DNA from: a candidate division Kazan bacterium RIFCSPHIGHO2_01_FULL_44_14
GTDB taxonomy: Bacteria; Patescibacteriota; Kazan-3B-28
Assembly: GCA_001771185.1 (NCBI GenBank)
Contig: METB01000001.1
Location: 375,200-439,199 of the forward strand
Direction of reading: 5' to 3'
DNA length: 64,000 nt
The position numbers and the translations under genes are program-made. This document shows positions 1 through 9,635 of this stretch, piece after piece. The notes beneath the pieces were generated by a model. It ran no database searches. It was given only the letters and a program-made list of their open reading frames with translations, and was not told the DNA's origin. The stretch's first letter is position 1. The number at the start of each line of letters is the position of its first letter.

Positions 1-1794
1 GTGGTGACTGAAAAAGGTAATTATCACGCCAAAGCGGTCATAGTGGTTAATGGTGAATTGCTCTTGGTTGACCCAGAACAACCCGGTAAAAGGGAAGCCG
101 TTGAAGCCGTCCAGGCCTTTGAGCTTTCAAGGGTTGGGTTAGACCAGCTACTCACTGGGCTTGGGGTCCATCCCGAAGATAAAGAGTGGATTACAAAAAA
201 TGTTTTGGTCTTTGATGGAGACAAGAATTATCGCAAAGAGTCCATAGTCAAACCAACCGACCGAATGACCGAATATGAAAAAGCCATCAATGATTATGTG
301 TCGGGCGGAACTGATATTGCAGGGACTCCTTTGGAGAACAAAGCAGAACGAAAGCAATATAGAATCAATATTAACCAAGAATATAAATTGGCTCAACAAG
401 CATTGACTGCCGAAGAGCAGGAACAAATCAAAACCGAGCTAAAAGAATACTACGACCGATATCATTATCCCAATGCTGAATATAATGATCCGGACGCCAT
501 TAAAATGAGTAGCGGGTTAAAAGCGGAGCACTTGGGCCGACTGGATAAGGCCTTTGAAAACGACCTTGAAAGAGCGGTAGTGTCCTATGCTTATCTCAAG
601 ACCATTTTAAGTACACCAGAGAAACGAGCAGAACAAACTAAATATATAGAAAGCCAACTCGGCCATTACTCACATCTTGATTTGGACAACGCCAGAAAAG
701 TCATCAAGACAACAGCCATAACTTCAGTGGATAAGCTTACTTTGGGTCAGAGAGCAAAACTCCGAATTGATTTTGACAAAAAAAATCCGATTTACAGTCC
801 CTATCTGAAACTGCTTCGGACTAGACAAGCGGTACGAGGACTCACCAACACCGAACAGGACTATTTAATCAAGCATGGCAACTTAAAGATGGGAGTCGAG
901 CGACCGGCGGAGAAACCAGAGCCGTCAGTATTGGGCTCATTGGATTATGACAATCAAGAAAAAGAGTGGGTTGCCGGAGCCAATAATGAATTTGTCGGAG
1001 CAAGAAAAAAGAAAAGTAATATTGAACAAAAAGCCAGGGAAATCAGAAAATCGTTCGAAGTCACTGACTCTGGGGCTTTGCGTAAACAGCTCGACCAACT
1101 GTCTGACCAGCAAAAAATCTCCGAGCTCAAACATCAACTTGGTGCACTATTTTCTGGTGGTCAGAAAGAGGGGAAAACCACAAAACCAACAAAGAAAATT
1201 GAAGACAGCCCTATAGGACCAGAAACATTACCTGGCGCTGAACAGATAGTACTTCCAAATGACCAAGAACTCGTCGAATTTTTAGGGGAGAAACTAGATA
1301 AATATTACGAACTATACGAACAAGGAGACAAAAAAACCGAGCAAAAGATGGCAAACATTTTCGCTCTTTTGAAAGAGCTTGTACACGAAGGGGTTATTGA
1401 TAAAACAGAATTTGCAGAAGAAATGAGCCGACGGTTGTTATCTAATGAGGTAGTACTAGACCATGGATACAGCCAGAAGGACCAGGATAAGTATTTTGAA
1501 TCCGCCTACAATAAAGTGAAGGATTATGTTGATAATTACCGTAAAATATCCGACCAAGAAAAACAGGACCGAAAGCAAGCTATTGCCGACGGAATGTTTG
1601 CCCAACGCGGGAGTGAAGTGCTCGTCAGCGACTTAAAGCCAAATATGGTATTTGAAGGCAATGTTTATGCACCAGGTGTTCAAACCCCCGGTTGGTCAGA
1701 CCTTTTGATACCCAAAAACAGACCTCTGTCCCAGGAGGAAATCACGCGCATAAAAACTAAGTTCCCGGGCTCAAAGCTCTCAGTGGGGAAGTAA
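1..1794 (+). CDS. Hypothetical large charged/coiled-coil protein, 5'-truncated by the window edge
   Basis: Open frame runs from base 1 to a stop at 1794. Lys/Glu/Gln-rich with no motif I recognise. Confidence 0.45.
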   Translation: MVTEKGNYHAKAVIVVNGELLLVDPEQPGKREAVEAVQAFELSRVGLDQLLTGLGVHPEDKEWITKNVLVFDGDKNYRKESIVKPTDRMTEYEKAINDYVSGGTDIAGTPLENKAERKQYRININQEYKLAQQALTAEEQEQIKTELKEYYDRYHYPNAEYNDPDAIKMSSGLKAEHLGRLDKAFENDLERAVVSYAYLKTILSTPEKRAEQTKYIESQLGHYSHLDLDNARKVIKTTAITSVDKLTLGQRAKLRIDFDKKNPIYSPYLKLLRTRQAVRGLTNTEQDYLIKHGNLKMGVERPAEKPEPSVLGSLDYDNQEKEWVAGANNEFVGARKKKSNIEQKAREIRKSFEVTDSGALRKQLDQLSDQQKISELKHQLGALFSGGQKEGKTTKPTKKIEDSPIGPETLPGAEQIVLPNDQELVEFLGEKLDKYYELYEQGDKKTEQKMANIFALLKELVHEGVIDKTEFAEEMSRRLLSNEVVLDHGYSQKDQDKYFESAYNKVKDYVDNYRKISDQEKQDRKQAIADGMFAQRGSEVLVSDLKPNMVFEGNVYAPGVQTPGWSDLLIPKNRPLSQEEITRIKTKFPGSKLSVGK

Positions 1795-1816
1795 CATCGG
1801 GTTTCTCTGGTCTCCG

Positions 1817-3607
1817 CTAAACCTCAATCACCACAGGCAGGACTAGTGGGCGACGTTCGGTTTCGCGGAAGAGAAATTCACCCACGCTTTCACGGAGCTT
1901 GGTCTTGATATTAGTCCAGTCATCCGGCACTTTGCCAGTATGCTCTGCAAAAATCTCTTTCACTTTTTGACGGGTCTGATTAATCAGGTCGCCTTTTTCC
2001 CGCATATAGACAAACCCGCGGGAAATGATATCCGGACTACCGACGATTTTGCCGTTTCTATCAACCAGAGCGATTAACACAATCATCCCTTCCCTGGCCA
2101 TGGCTTGACGATCGCGAAGAACGACCTCTTTGACATCGCCTACCCCTAAACCATCTACCATGATAGAACCGACTGGGATTTTTTGGCTACCCTTGCGAGC
2201 TTTGCCTTGGCGAAATTCAACCACATCACCGTCTTCTATAATCAAAATATTGGCAGGACGGATTCCGGTCTCTAGTGCCACCTCTTTGTGAGACACCAAC
2301 ATGTGGTATTCGCCATGTACTGGGATAAACCAGCGCGGACGAACCATCTCTAGCATCTGTTTCATTTCATCGCGGTAAGCATGGCCAGTGACATGCACCT
2401 GCATCTTTTTGTCGAAGATAACATTGGCACCCTGCCGATAAAGATTGTTAATCACGGCGTTGATTGAGCGTTCATTACCGGGGATAGCCGAAGAGGAAAT
2501 CACCACCGTATCACCAGTCCCCAGTTTGACTTGCTTGTGTTCACCAAACGCCATCCGCTGAAGTGCCGAACCCTCTTGTCCTTGGCTACCCGTACTCAAA
2601 ATCACAATTTGAGAATCGGGATACTTTTTGATATTCCGCAAATCGACCATCAGACCTTTAGGGGTCTTAATATAACCGGCTTTACTGGCGACATCGAAAT
2701 ATTTAATCATGCTTCGACCAGTAATCGCGACTTTCCGCCGATACTTCACAGCGGCGGCGATGACGTGTTGCATTCGGTCGATCCGGGAAGCAAAGGAGGC
2801 CACGATCAACCGACCACGAGTGTTGGCAAAAATTTCCATAAAGGCATCCGCAATCACTTGCTCGGACGGGGTCCGACCAGGAGTGTGAACATTGGTGCTT
2901 TCGCTCATCAGAAGCAGTGGTCGCTCCCGACCAATTTGCTCAAACTTAGCATAGTCGGCCTGAATCCCATCGGGCGGGGTGGGGTCGAATTTGAAATCGC
3001 CAGTGTAAATGACTTTGCCTTCCGGAGTATCGACAATAATGGAAAAAGCATCAGGGATACTGTGATTGACCCGAGCAAAGGAAACCGTAAAAACGCCCAA
3101 CCGAATTCGGTCGGTGGGCTGATAGGTAATAACTTTAACATTGCCGGTATCAGAGAATTCTTCCAGGTTGACTTTGATTAACTCGGCGGCTAACCGCGGG
3201 GCATAAACCGGCACACCCAGACGAGGAACAACATGTTGAATAGCGCCAATATGATCTTCGTGACCGTGAGTGATGATAATCCCGCGGAGCTTTTTTTGGT
3301 TGCGCTCTAGGTAGGTTGTGTCCGGAATCACATAGTCAATCCCAGGCATTGATTCGTCTGGCATCATCATCCCGCAATCAAGCACGATAATATCGTTGCC
3401 GTATTCGACTACGATCATATTTTTACCCATACCGCCAACCCCACCCAAAGGAATAACTTTGAGAGTAGGAGCCCCGGAAGGGCGATGGACAGGACGACTG
3501 GCGACTGGCCGGCGATGCGATGGATGAGCCGAACGCGACGGATGAACCGGACGAGATGACCGAGACGAGTGAGTTGGCCGAGACGGCCGAGCAGAACGAT
3601 TATTCAT
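1817..3607 (-). CDS. rnj: Ribonuclease J (metallo-beta-lactamase / beta-CASP RNase)
   Basis: Contains IIITHGHEDHIGA (HxHxDH metallo-beta-lactamase motif) and an RNase J-like core starting KVIPLGGVGGMGKNMIVVEY. Carries an unusual Ser/Arg/Pro-rich 48-aa N-terminal extension. Confidence 0.85.
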   Translation of the reverse strand: MNNRSARPSRPTHSSRSSRPVHPSRSAHPSHRRPVASRPVHRPSGAPTLKVIPLGGVGGMGKNMIVVEYGNDIIVLDCGMMMPDESMPGIDYVIPDTTYLERNQKKLRGIIITHGHEDHIGAIQHVVPRLGVPVYAPRLAAELIKVNLEEFSDTGNVKVITYQPTDRIRLGVFTVSFARVNHSIPDAFSIIVDTPEGKVIYTGDFKFDPTPPDGIQADYAKFEQIGRERPLLLMSESTNVHTPGRTPSEQVIADAFMEIFANTRGRLIVASFASRIDRMQHVIAAAVKYRRKVAITGRSMIKYFDVASKAGYIKTPKGLMVDLRNIKKYPDSQIVILSTGSQGQEGSALQRMAFGEHKQVKLGTGDTVVISSSAIPGNERSINAVINNLYRQGANVIFDKKMQVHVTGHAYRDEMKQMLEMVRPRWFIPVHGEYHMLVSHKEVALETGIRPANILIIEDGDVVEFRQGKARKGSQKIPVGSIMVDGLGVGDVKEVVLRDRQAMAREGMIVLIALVDRNGKIVGSPDIISRGFVYMREKGDLINQTRQKVKEIFAEHTGKVPDDWTNIKTKLRESVGEFLFRETERRPLVLPVVIEV

Positions 3608-3617
3608 AGATGAGTCC

Positions 3618-4229
3618 TTAGAAGATAGATGATTGAACCGAGAGGGTGGGGGACTTGGTTTCTGACAATTGGTCGATTTTGCCCAGTAAAATCGGGATTT
3701 TTTTGAAATCGGACATCAGGGTGGCTCGCAGTCGCGGGTCATAGAGTGCGGCGGCTGGATGATAAATTGGGAAAAAGATTTGATTACCCCTGCGTTTGGC
3801 CGTCCCGCGAATTTCGGAAATTTTTTCGGCCGGTAGAAACCAATGCAGTGCGTGACGGCCAAGTAAAACAATTAATTTTGGCTGAATCAAAGCCAATTCG
3901 CGAGTTAAAAACGATTTATGTTCCTCCACCTCTTCGGGCAGAGGGTCACGATTCTCGGGCGGACGGCATTTCACTACATTAGTGATATAAATATCTTCTC
4001 GCTGCCAACCGATCGTGGACAAGGCCTCGGCCAAAAGTTTCCCAGCCGAACCAACAAATGGATGACCGAGTTCATCTTCCATTTTGCCGGGGGCCTCACC
4101 GATAAACACAACCGGACTATTAATGTTGCCGTCGCCCGGAACAGCTTGTTGACACCCACCTCTTAGAGAACAATGATGGGATTTGATCTCTGCGACTAGC
4201 TTGGCAAATTGACTGCTTTTATCTGACAT
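3618..4229 (-). CDS. Uracil-DNA glycosylase, family 4
   Basis: VVFIGEAPGKMEDELGHPFVGSAGKLL motif (GEAPG...G.PF.G.AG) is typical of family-4 UDG. Confidence 0.8.
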   Translation of the reverse strand: MSDKSSQFAKLVAEIKSHHCSLRGGCQQAVPGDGNINSPVVFIGEAPGKMEDELGHPFVGSAGKLLAEALSTIGWQREDIYITNVVKCRPPENRDPLPEEVEEHKSFLTRELALIQPKLIVLLGRHALHWFLPAEKISEIRGTAKRRGNQIFFPIYHPAAALYDPRLRATLMSDFKKIPILLGKIDQLSETKSPTLSVQSSIF

Positions 4230-4473
4230 AAAACCAAATGAGTGCTACAACCACAGCTCCGAGTAGGAGCCACCCCCAGCCAGAGCCAGAACTGCTTTTG
4301 GGTTCATGGCGCTTGATTGACTGTGGGTTAACCACATAATCATTTTGGGGAGGTAAAAAGATTTGGCGGGCTTTCACTAACTTGGCTTGAGTCCGGCCAA
4401 GCTCCGTGGCACAACGCCCACAAAAAATAGTGGTGGGAGAATTATCGTGCCCGCAATTGTGGCAATGTGCCAT
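4219..4473 (-). CDS. Small zinc-ribbon protein with C-terminal TM helix
   Basis: CxxC...CxxC pairs (CHNCGH...CGRC) and a hydrophobic C-terminus. Confidence 0.4.
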   Translation of the reverse strand: MAHCHNCGHDNSPTTIFCGRCATELGRTQAKLVKARQIFLPPQNDYVVNPQSIKRHEPKSSSGSGWGWLLLGAVVVALIWFYVR

Positions 4474-4476
4474 AAA

Positions 4477-6579
4477 CTATTGCTTACTAGAGTCACCATC
4501 GAGAGTTGCTTTGTGGGAAAGATTGATTCGTCCGAGATTATCAATCTCTGTAACTACCACATCTAGCATATCACCCTCTTTGACCACATCGGTTACCCGA
4601 TCAATTCGACGGTCAGCCAATTGCGAAATATGGACAAGCCCTTCCCGACCAGGGAGAACTTCCACAAAAGCACCAAAGTCCATAATTCGAGTGACTCGGC
4701 CGTGGAATTTTTCGCCGGGTTTGATTTCGCGCATCATGTCGCGAATAGTTTGAGCGGCTTGCTCTCCCAATTTGGGGTCGCTAGAAGTAATGAAGGCGTT
4801 GCCGTCTTCTTCAATCGAGATATTGGTCACCCCCTTACCGCCAGCTCGATCAATAATCTCATTAATTACCCGCCCGCCCGGTCCAATCACTTCACCAATT
4901 CGGTCTTGTGGGACTTTGACCACAATCACCCGAGGCGCAAATGGGGATAGTTCAGGACGAGGAGCGGAAATAATCTTGCCCATTTCCGCCAACAAAAATT
5001 CGCGGGCTTGCTTGGCTTGGGCCAAGGCCTCGCTCATAATTTGCTTAGTAATCCCAGCTACTTTAATATCCATTTGAAGAGCCGTAATCCCATCCCGACT
5101 GCCAGCCACTTTAAAGTCCATATCGCCGTTGAAGTCCTCAATCCCGGCGATGTCAGTTAGAATTTTGTATTTGCCTTCACCAGTAACCAAGCCCATGGCG
5201 ATTCCAGCAACTGGTTTCTTAATTGGCACCCCAGCGTCCATCAAAGACAGGGTACTACCACAGACCGAAGCCATCGAACTGGAACCATTACTGGCCAAGA
5301 TTTCCGATACTACCCGGATGGTGTACGGGAAATCTTCGCGAGAGGGAATCATGGGCATCAATGCCCGTTCAGCTAAAGCCCCGTGACCAATTTCCCGTCT
5401 ACCAGTAGTCCGCATTGGTTTAACTTCACCGGTTGCATAGGGAGGAAAATTGTAGTGATGCATATACCGTTTAGTAGTGTCTAATTCCATCGTGTCCAAA
5501 ACCTGCTCGTCGTCTAGTGACCCTAAGGTAACCGTTGAGAGAGCTTGGGTTTCCCCTCGAGTGAATAGAGCCGAACCGTGAGGCCGTGGCAAAACGCCGA
5601 CCTCAATTGACAAGGGACGGATTTGATCCAACTTGCGGCCATCAGGACGCTTGTCGTGTTCTAAAATATTCCGACGGAATTCTTCGCTAACTACTTTTGA
5701 AAAGATGTCAGCCACCACTGCTTCGGGGTTTTCCTCACTAATGAATTCTTCCCAAATGGCCTGCCGCAAAGTATCCAACTTAGTATTGCGAACGATCTTT
5801 TCGGGATGATATAGGGCCTCTTCAAGTTGGCCACCCAGCCGAGTGGCGATATTGGTCTTAAGTTCTGCCGGAGTAGTTGTCACTTCATATTTATCATTCG
5901 CGACATTCAGACGCTTGACTAATTCATGCTGAATCTCGATGGCTGGCTGAAGTGATTTGTGCGCAAATTCGATTGCATCAACCATCTTGGCTTCAGATAC
6001 TTCCAAAGCCCCGGCCTCAACCATCATAATTGCATCTCTAGTCCCGGCTACCACTAAATCAAGCTGACTTTTGGCCCGCTGTTCGTAAGTTGGGTTGAGA
6101 ATAAATTTGTCATCAACTAGTCCAACCCGAACCCCAGCCACTGGACCATTGAAAGGCGCCCCGGCCTGCATCAACGCCGCCGAAGCAGCCGTAATTGATA
6201 ATACATCCGGATCATGAACTAGGTCGGCTGATAGAACTGTGATGACTACCTGGACATCATTATGGAAGCCCTTTGGGAAAAGGGGACGCAGAGGACGATC
6301 AATCAGCCGAGCTGACAAAATGGCATCCTCACTTGGACGGCCTTCTCGCTTGATAAACCGGCTACCCGAAATCTTGCCGGAAGCATAAAACCGCTCCTCA
6401 TAATCGATCATCAATGGGAAGAAATCAATATTCTCCCGCGGGGTTGCAGCTACCACAGCGGTAGCCAACACCACCGTGTCACCAATCCGCAAAGTAACTG
6501 ACCCATTGGCTAGTCCGGCTAGCCGACCAGTTTCCAACGTAAGCTTGGCTTCGCCAAGCTGGGTTTCAAATTTTTCCAT
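4477..6579 (-). CDS. pnp: Polynucleotide phosphorylase
   Basis: Two RNase PH domains followed by KH and S1 domains. Start chosen at MEKFETQ because it follows an AAGGAG Shine-Dalgarno; the track ORF extends further to 6630. Confidence 0.9.
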   Translation of the reverse strand: MEKFETQLGEAKLTLETGRLAGLANGSVTLRIGDTVVLATAVVAATPRENIDFFPLMIDYEERFYASGKISGSRFIKREGRPSEDAILSARLIDRPLRPLFPKGFHNDVQVVITVLSADLVHDPDVLSITAASAALMQAGAPFNGPVAGVRVGLVDDKFILNPTYEQRAKSQLDLVVAGTRDAIMMVEAGALEVSEAKMVDAIEFAHKSLQPAIEIQHELVKRLNVANDKYEVTTTPAELKTNIATRLGGQLEEALYHPEKIVRNTKLDTLRQAIWEEFISEENPEAVVADIFSKVVSEEFRRNILEHDKRPDGRKLDQIRPLSIEVGVLPRPHGSALFTRGETQALSTVTLGSLDDEQVLDTMELDTTKRYMHHYNFPPYATGEVKPMRTTGRREIGHGALAERALMPMIPSREDFPYTIRVVSEILASNGSSSMASVCGSTLSLMDAGVPIKKPVAGIAMGLVTGEGKYKILTDIAGIEDFNGDMDFKVAGSRDGITALQMDIKVAGITKQIMSEALAQAKQAREFLLAEMGKIISAPRPELSPFAPRVIVVKVPQDRIGEVIGPGGRVINEIIDRAGGKGVTNISIEEDGNAFITSSDPKLGEQAAQTIRDMMREIKPGEKFHGRVTRIMDFGAFVEVLPGREGLVHISQLADRRIDRVTDVVKEGDMLDVVVTEIDNLGRINLSHKATLDGDSSKQ

Positions 6580-6696
6580 CTTACTCCTTTTATCCGGAAA
6601 ACCCGGGCAGTCCCTGGGCGAGTGAGGCAAAGTCAGGAGTAAAAATAAATCCTGTCAACCGATTTACGCTTACTGCTGACTTCACTTGACCCAAAA

Positions 6697-6966
6697 CTAC
6701 TTCCGAATCTTCAATTTTTTAATGACGCTATTATAAACTTTTACATTATGGGTTTCGAGGTAGGCCAGCAGTTTGCGCCGGTTGCCTACCATCTTGAACA
6801 GACCATGCCGGGAGTGAAAATCCTTGGCATGGGTTTTGAGATGCTTGGTTAATTCATTAATTTTCTCGGTCAACAAGGCAATTTGCACCTCTGCCGAACC
6901 AGTATCCTTTTCGTGAGACCGATGCTCGGAGATGATTTTTTTCTTTTTTTCAGCTTGAATAGCCAT
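6697..6966 (-). CDS. rpsO: 30S ribosomal protein S15
   Basis: [10 protein letters not shown]...[27 protein letters not shown] is an S15 signature. Classic rpsO-pnp gene order. Confidence 0.9.
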   Translation of the reverse strand: MAIQAEKKKKIISEHRSHEKDTGSAEVQIALLTEKINELTKHLKTHAKDFHSRHGLFKMVGNRRKLLAYLETHNVKVYNSVIKKLKIRK

Positions 6967-7039
6967 AAATAACTCTAAAAACTTACCCAGCAATAATATC
7001 ACCTAGGGAGAACAAAATCAAGGGTTTAATCGGAGAATT

Positions 7040-8221
7040 CTAGGCCTCCAGCGCCTCTTTTTCTTGACTGCCCAGAGGAGCTCCTCCGAGCCGACGAGTT
7101 TGGTATTCGCGGACTTTTTCGAGAACAATTGGTTCGGCTTCGCTAATGGTCATGTCGAGCAACTTAAACCCGGCTGCTCCCGGATGCCCACCACCACCAA
7201 ACAGACCAGCCACTTCCATGGCATCTACCCCTTTAGCGGTCCGGATGCTTCCAGAGACGACTCGCGCTTCTTTCTCAGACAACAACAGCACAATGTCGGC
7301 ACCAGGGATACTGGTCATTAATTCGTCAATTAAACCACTGGCTTCTTCTGAACTAGCACCGGTGCTAATAAGGTCCTCTGGGGTAACCGTTGCCCAAGCC
7401 AATTTGGTAGTCATATCAAACTGGATCCGAGATAACACCTGCCCCCAGAGTTTGAGCTGAGACAAGGGCTTGGTCTTAAACAAATGCTTGATGATTTCCT
7501 GCTGACGAGCGCCAAAGCCAACTAATTGGGCCGCAACCGTCAGCGACTTGGGGGTAGTATTGGCATTTTGGAACGAGCCGGTATCGGAAATGATCCCGGT
7601 CAACAAACAAGTGGCGATTTCAGGGTCGATCAGATTCGGCCCCAGCGCTTCAATTAAACCAATTAAAATTTCGGCTGTGGAAGTGGCGGTGAGATCAACT
7701 AAATTAACACTGCCAAAATAAGCGTTGCTAGCATGATGATCAATATTGATGACTGGGACTTCCTGGAATAGGGTAGGGTATCGGTCGTAGGCCTGACCCA
7801 ATTGATGTAAGTCAGCAGCGTCTAGCACAATGATTGCATCATACTTGAACTGCCCCTGAACAAAACTAACATTCTCCGGCTGATACCGACCTCGCTTGGG
7901 CGTAATAATAATGTTCAACTTACCGTCTTCAAAGTTGTAAGACAGTTTGTCGGCTTCGGCCACGGGGCTATCGAGAGTGATGATAAAATCACGAACCCCG
8001 TCAATATCGGTCGCCACCTCGCTGATACTTGGTAAAAATTGATAGACCTGGCTGACAGGATCGAGAATCCCCAAAGACACTTCCTTGTTGAGTTTTTTAA
8101 AAACCTGTAGTAGCGCTAGAGCTGAACCGACCGAATCGCCGTCTGGTCGGCTCGGCACGACCAATATCCGCTGGGCGCGGTTGATTAACTCGACGGTCTG
8201 TTGCTTGGGAGTCGTTTCCAT
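7040..8221 (-). CDS. nrnA: DHH/DHHA1 phosphoesterase (NrnA-like oligoribonuclease / pAp phosphatase)
   Basis: DHH motif (INIDHHASN) and DHHA1 GGGGH motif (GGGGHPGAAG). Confidence 0.7.
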   Translation of the reverse strand: METTPKQQTVELINRAQRILVVPSRPDGDSVGSALALLQVFKKLNKEVSLGILDPVSQVYQFLPSISEVATDIDGVRDFIITLDSPVAEADKLSYNFEDGKLNIIITPKRGRYQPENVSFVQGQFKYDAIIVLDAADLHQLGQAYDRYPTLFQEVPVINIDHHASNAYFGSVNLVDLTATSTAEILIGLIEALGPNLIDPEIATCLLTGIISDTGSFQNANTTPKSLTVAAQLVGFGARQQEIIKHLFKTKPLSQLKLWGQVLSRIQFDMTTKLAWATVTPEDLISTGASSEEASGLIDELMTSIPGADIVLLLSEKEARVVSGSIRTAKGVDAMEVAGLFGGGGHPGAAGFKLLDMTISEAEPIVLEKVREYQTRRLGGAPLGSQEKEALEA

Positions 8222-8461
8222 ATTTGACAGCTCAACATACTGAAATAATCGGGAGGTGTCAATCGAACTCGGCTATTTACAGTTCCACTAATAGGCATTA
8301 CTCTAGGGTCTGTAAGAACTTCTTATGCCTAGTAGAGAATTTTAGAATAATTATATTATCACCAATATAATCACCTCCTAGAAAGTCACATCTCTCTAGA
8401 CAAACAAGTTGCCAGTAGCCACTATAATAAAAATACTACTTTCTAAAATCTTCTACTGGGT

Positions 8462-8695
8462 ATGCCAATTATTAAGTCAGCCAAAAAACAGGTTCGCAGC
8501 TCGGCCAAAAAACGCCGACTAAATGCGACTCGGCGTCGAACAATGAAAGAAGCCGTCAAGCAAGTTCGGACTACTCCTTCGGCTGAAAAACTCCGGGTGG
8601 CTTTTAAAGCCCTCGACAAAGCGGCTAAGCGGGGAATAGTGCATCGGAATAAAGCCGCTCGGCTAAAGTCCCGCTTGAGTAAAGCAATTAAGTAG
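8462..8695 (+). CDS. rpsT: 30S ribosomal protein S20
   Basis: MPIIKSAKKQVRSSAKKRRLN...HRNKAARLKSRL resembles S20. Confidence 0.85.
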   Translation: MPIIKSAKKQVRSSAKKRRLNATRRRTMKEAVKQVRTTPSAEKLRVAFKALDKAAKRGIVHRNKAARLKSRLSKAIK

Positions 8696-9635
8696 TAGCT
8701 AAAGTTAGCGTAAATAAATCAAGAGCGTCCGAGGGATCGTACGCCCCGATTTTGATTTGCCAATCAAAGTGAGCCAACCGCTGATAGGCCCGAACTAGTT
8801 GGGACCTCTGAAACCGGGCTGTTATCTGCCAATTAGCCCTAACTACGAATGGTGGCAACTGTGTTAACCTAGCCCCGTCACTCATTTGGACACCGGCAGT
8901 TTTTAAATCACTAATCCGAATTAGATTGCGCAATTGATAGGCAATCGCCCCCATCAACCGAGTTTCGTCTTCGCCCGCCAGCAAACTAGTCGCTACAATT
9001 CGGTGGGCCGAGTTTAAATCCCGACCCAAGGCCGAAGTGACCAAAGCGAAAATGTTAGTTTCCAATGAATCGGTCACTAATAAATCAACGGTGGCTTGGG
9101 TAACGGGCTGTCCATCGGCATAGGCAAACAATTTATTTAATTCATTCTCTACCCGCCAAAGATTGCCACCGGTCTTGGTCAACAAACACTCCAGCACGGC
9201 CGGATTGATTGCCACCCCTCGTTTTTGGGCTAAGCCCTGCACCACCCGGCGTAAAGCCACCCCACCCAGAGGGATAAATTCTTCGGCTTGTTTGGGCTGG
9301 TTGAGTAATTTAAATAATGATTGGCGCTTATCAAATGGTTGGGTTTCGTAAAAAATTGCCGTGACTTCTTCCGGTAACCCGGACTTCAATAAATTAACTA
9401 ACGCGGTTTTAACTTCAGCCGAAGCGCCAGACAATGTATCAGACAGGATCACTAGCCGAGGGCCACCCAATAGAGTTTGAGCCAACAAAACAGACCGTAG
9501 GTTATACCCAGTTAAATCAGTCCCTAGCAGCATCGCTAAATTATCTACCGGGTGCTTACTTAAAAATTTCTGCCGGATTGCAGTCAGTTTGACTTTGGCC
9601 TGATAAGTATCTTCACCGTGAAGCAATAAAATCAT
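8688..9635 (-). CDS. holA: DNA polymerase III delta subunit
   Basis: About 315 aa, LLHGED-type N-terminus, delta-like architecture. Assignment is by overall resemblance only. Confidence 0.5.
   Translation of the reverse strand: MILLLHGEDTYQAKVKLTAIRQKFLSKHPVDNLAMLLGTDLTGYNLRSVLLAQTLLGGPRLVILSDTLSGASAEVKTALVNLLKSGLPEEVTAIFYETQPFDKRQSLFKLLNQPKQAEEFIPLGGVALRRVVQGLAQKRGVAINPAVLECLLTKTGGNLWRVENELNKLFAYADGQPVTQATVDLLVTDSLETNIFALVTSALGRDLNSAHRIVATSLLAGEDETRLMGAIAYQLRNLIRISDLKTAGVQMSDGARLTQLPPFVVRANWQITARFQRSQLVRAYQRLAHFDWQIKIGAYDPSDALDLFTLTLATT

Noticed and set aside
2531-3181. Long antisense ORFs in the six-frame track (e.g. 2531..3181+, 4406..4753+, 5129..5386+, 15041..15439-, 30908..31354+, 33087..33497-, 39445..39810-)
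   Set aside because: They lie entirely inside well-supported genes on the opposite strand. They have no motifs and no ribosome-binding sites. They are shadow ORFs typical of GC-balanced coding DNA.
6580-6696. Possible autoregulatory hairpin in the rpsO-pnp intergenic region
   Set aside because: It is expected biologically (an RNase III-processed pnp leader). I could find only short imperfect complementarity (GTCAA...TTGAC) by eye, which is not enough to call a feature.
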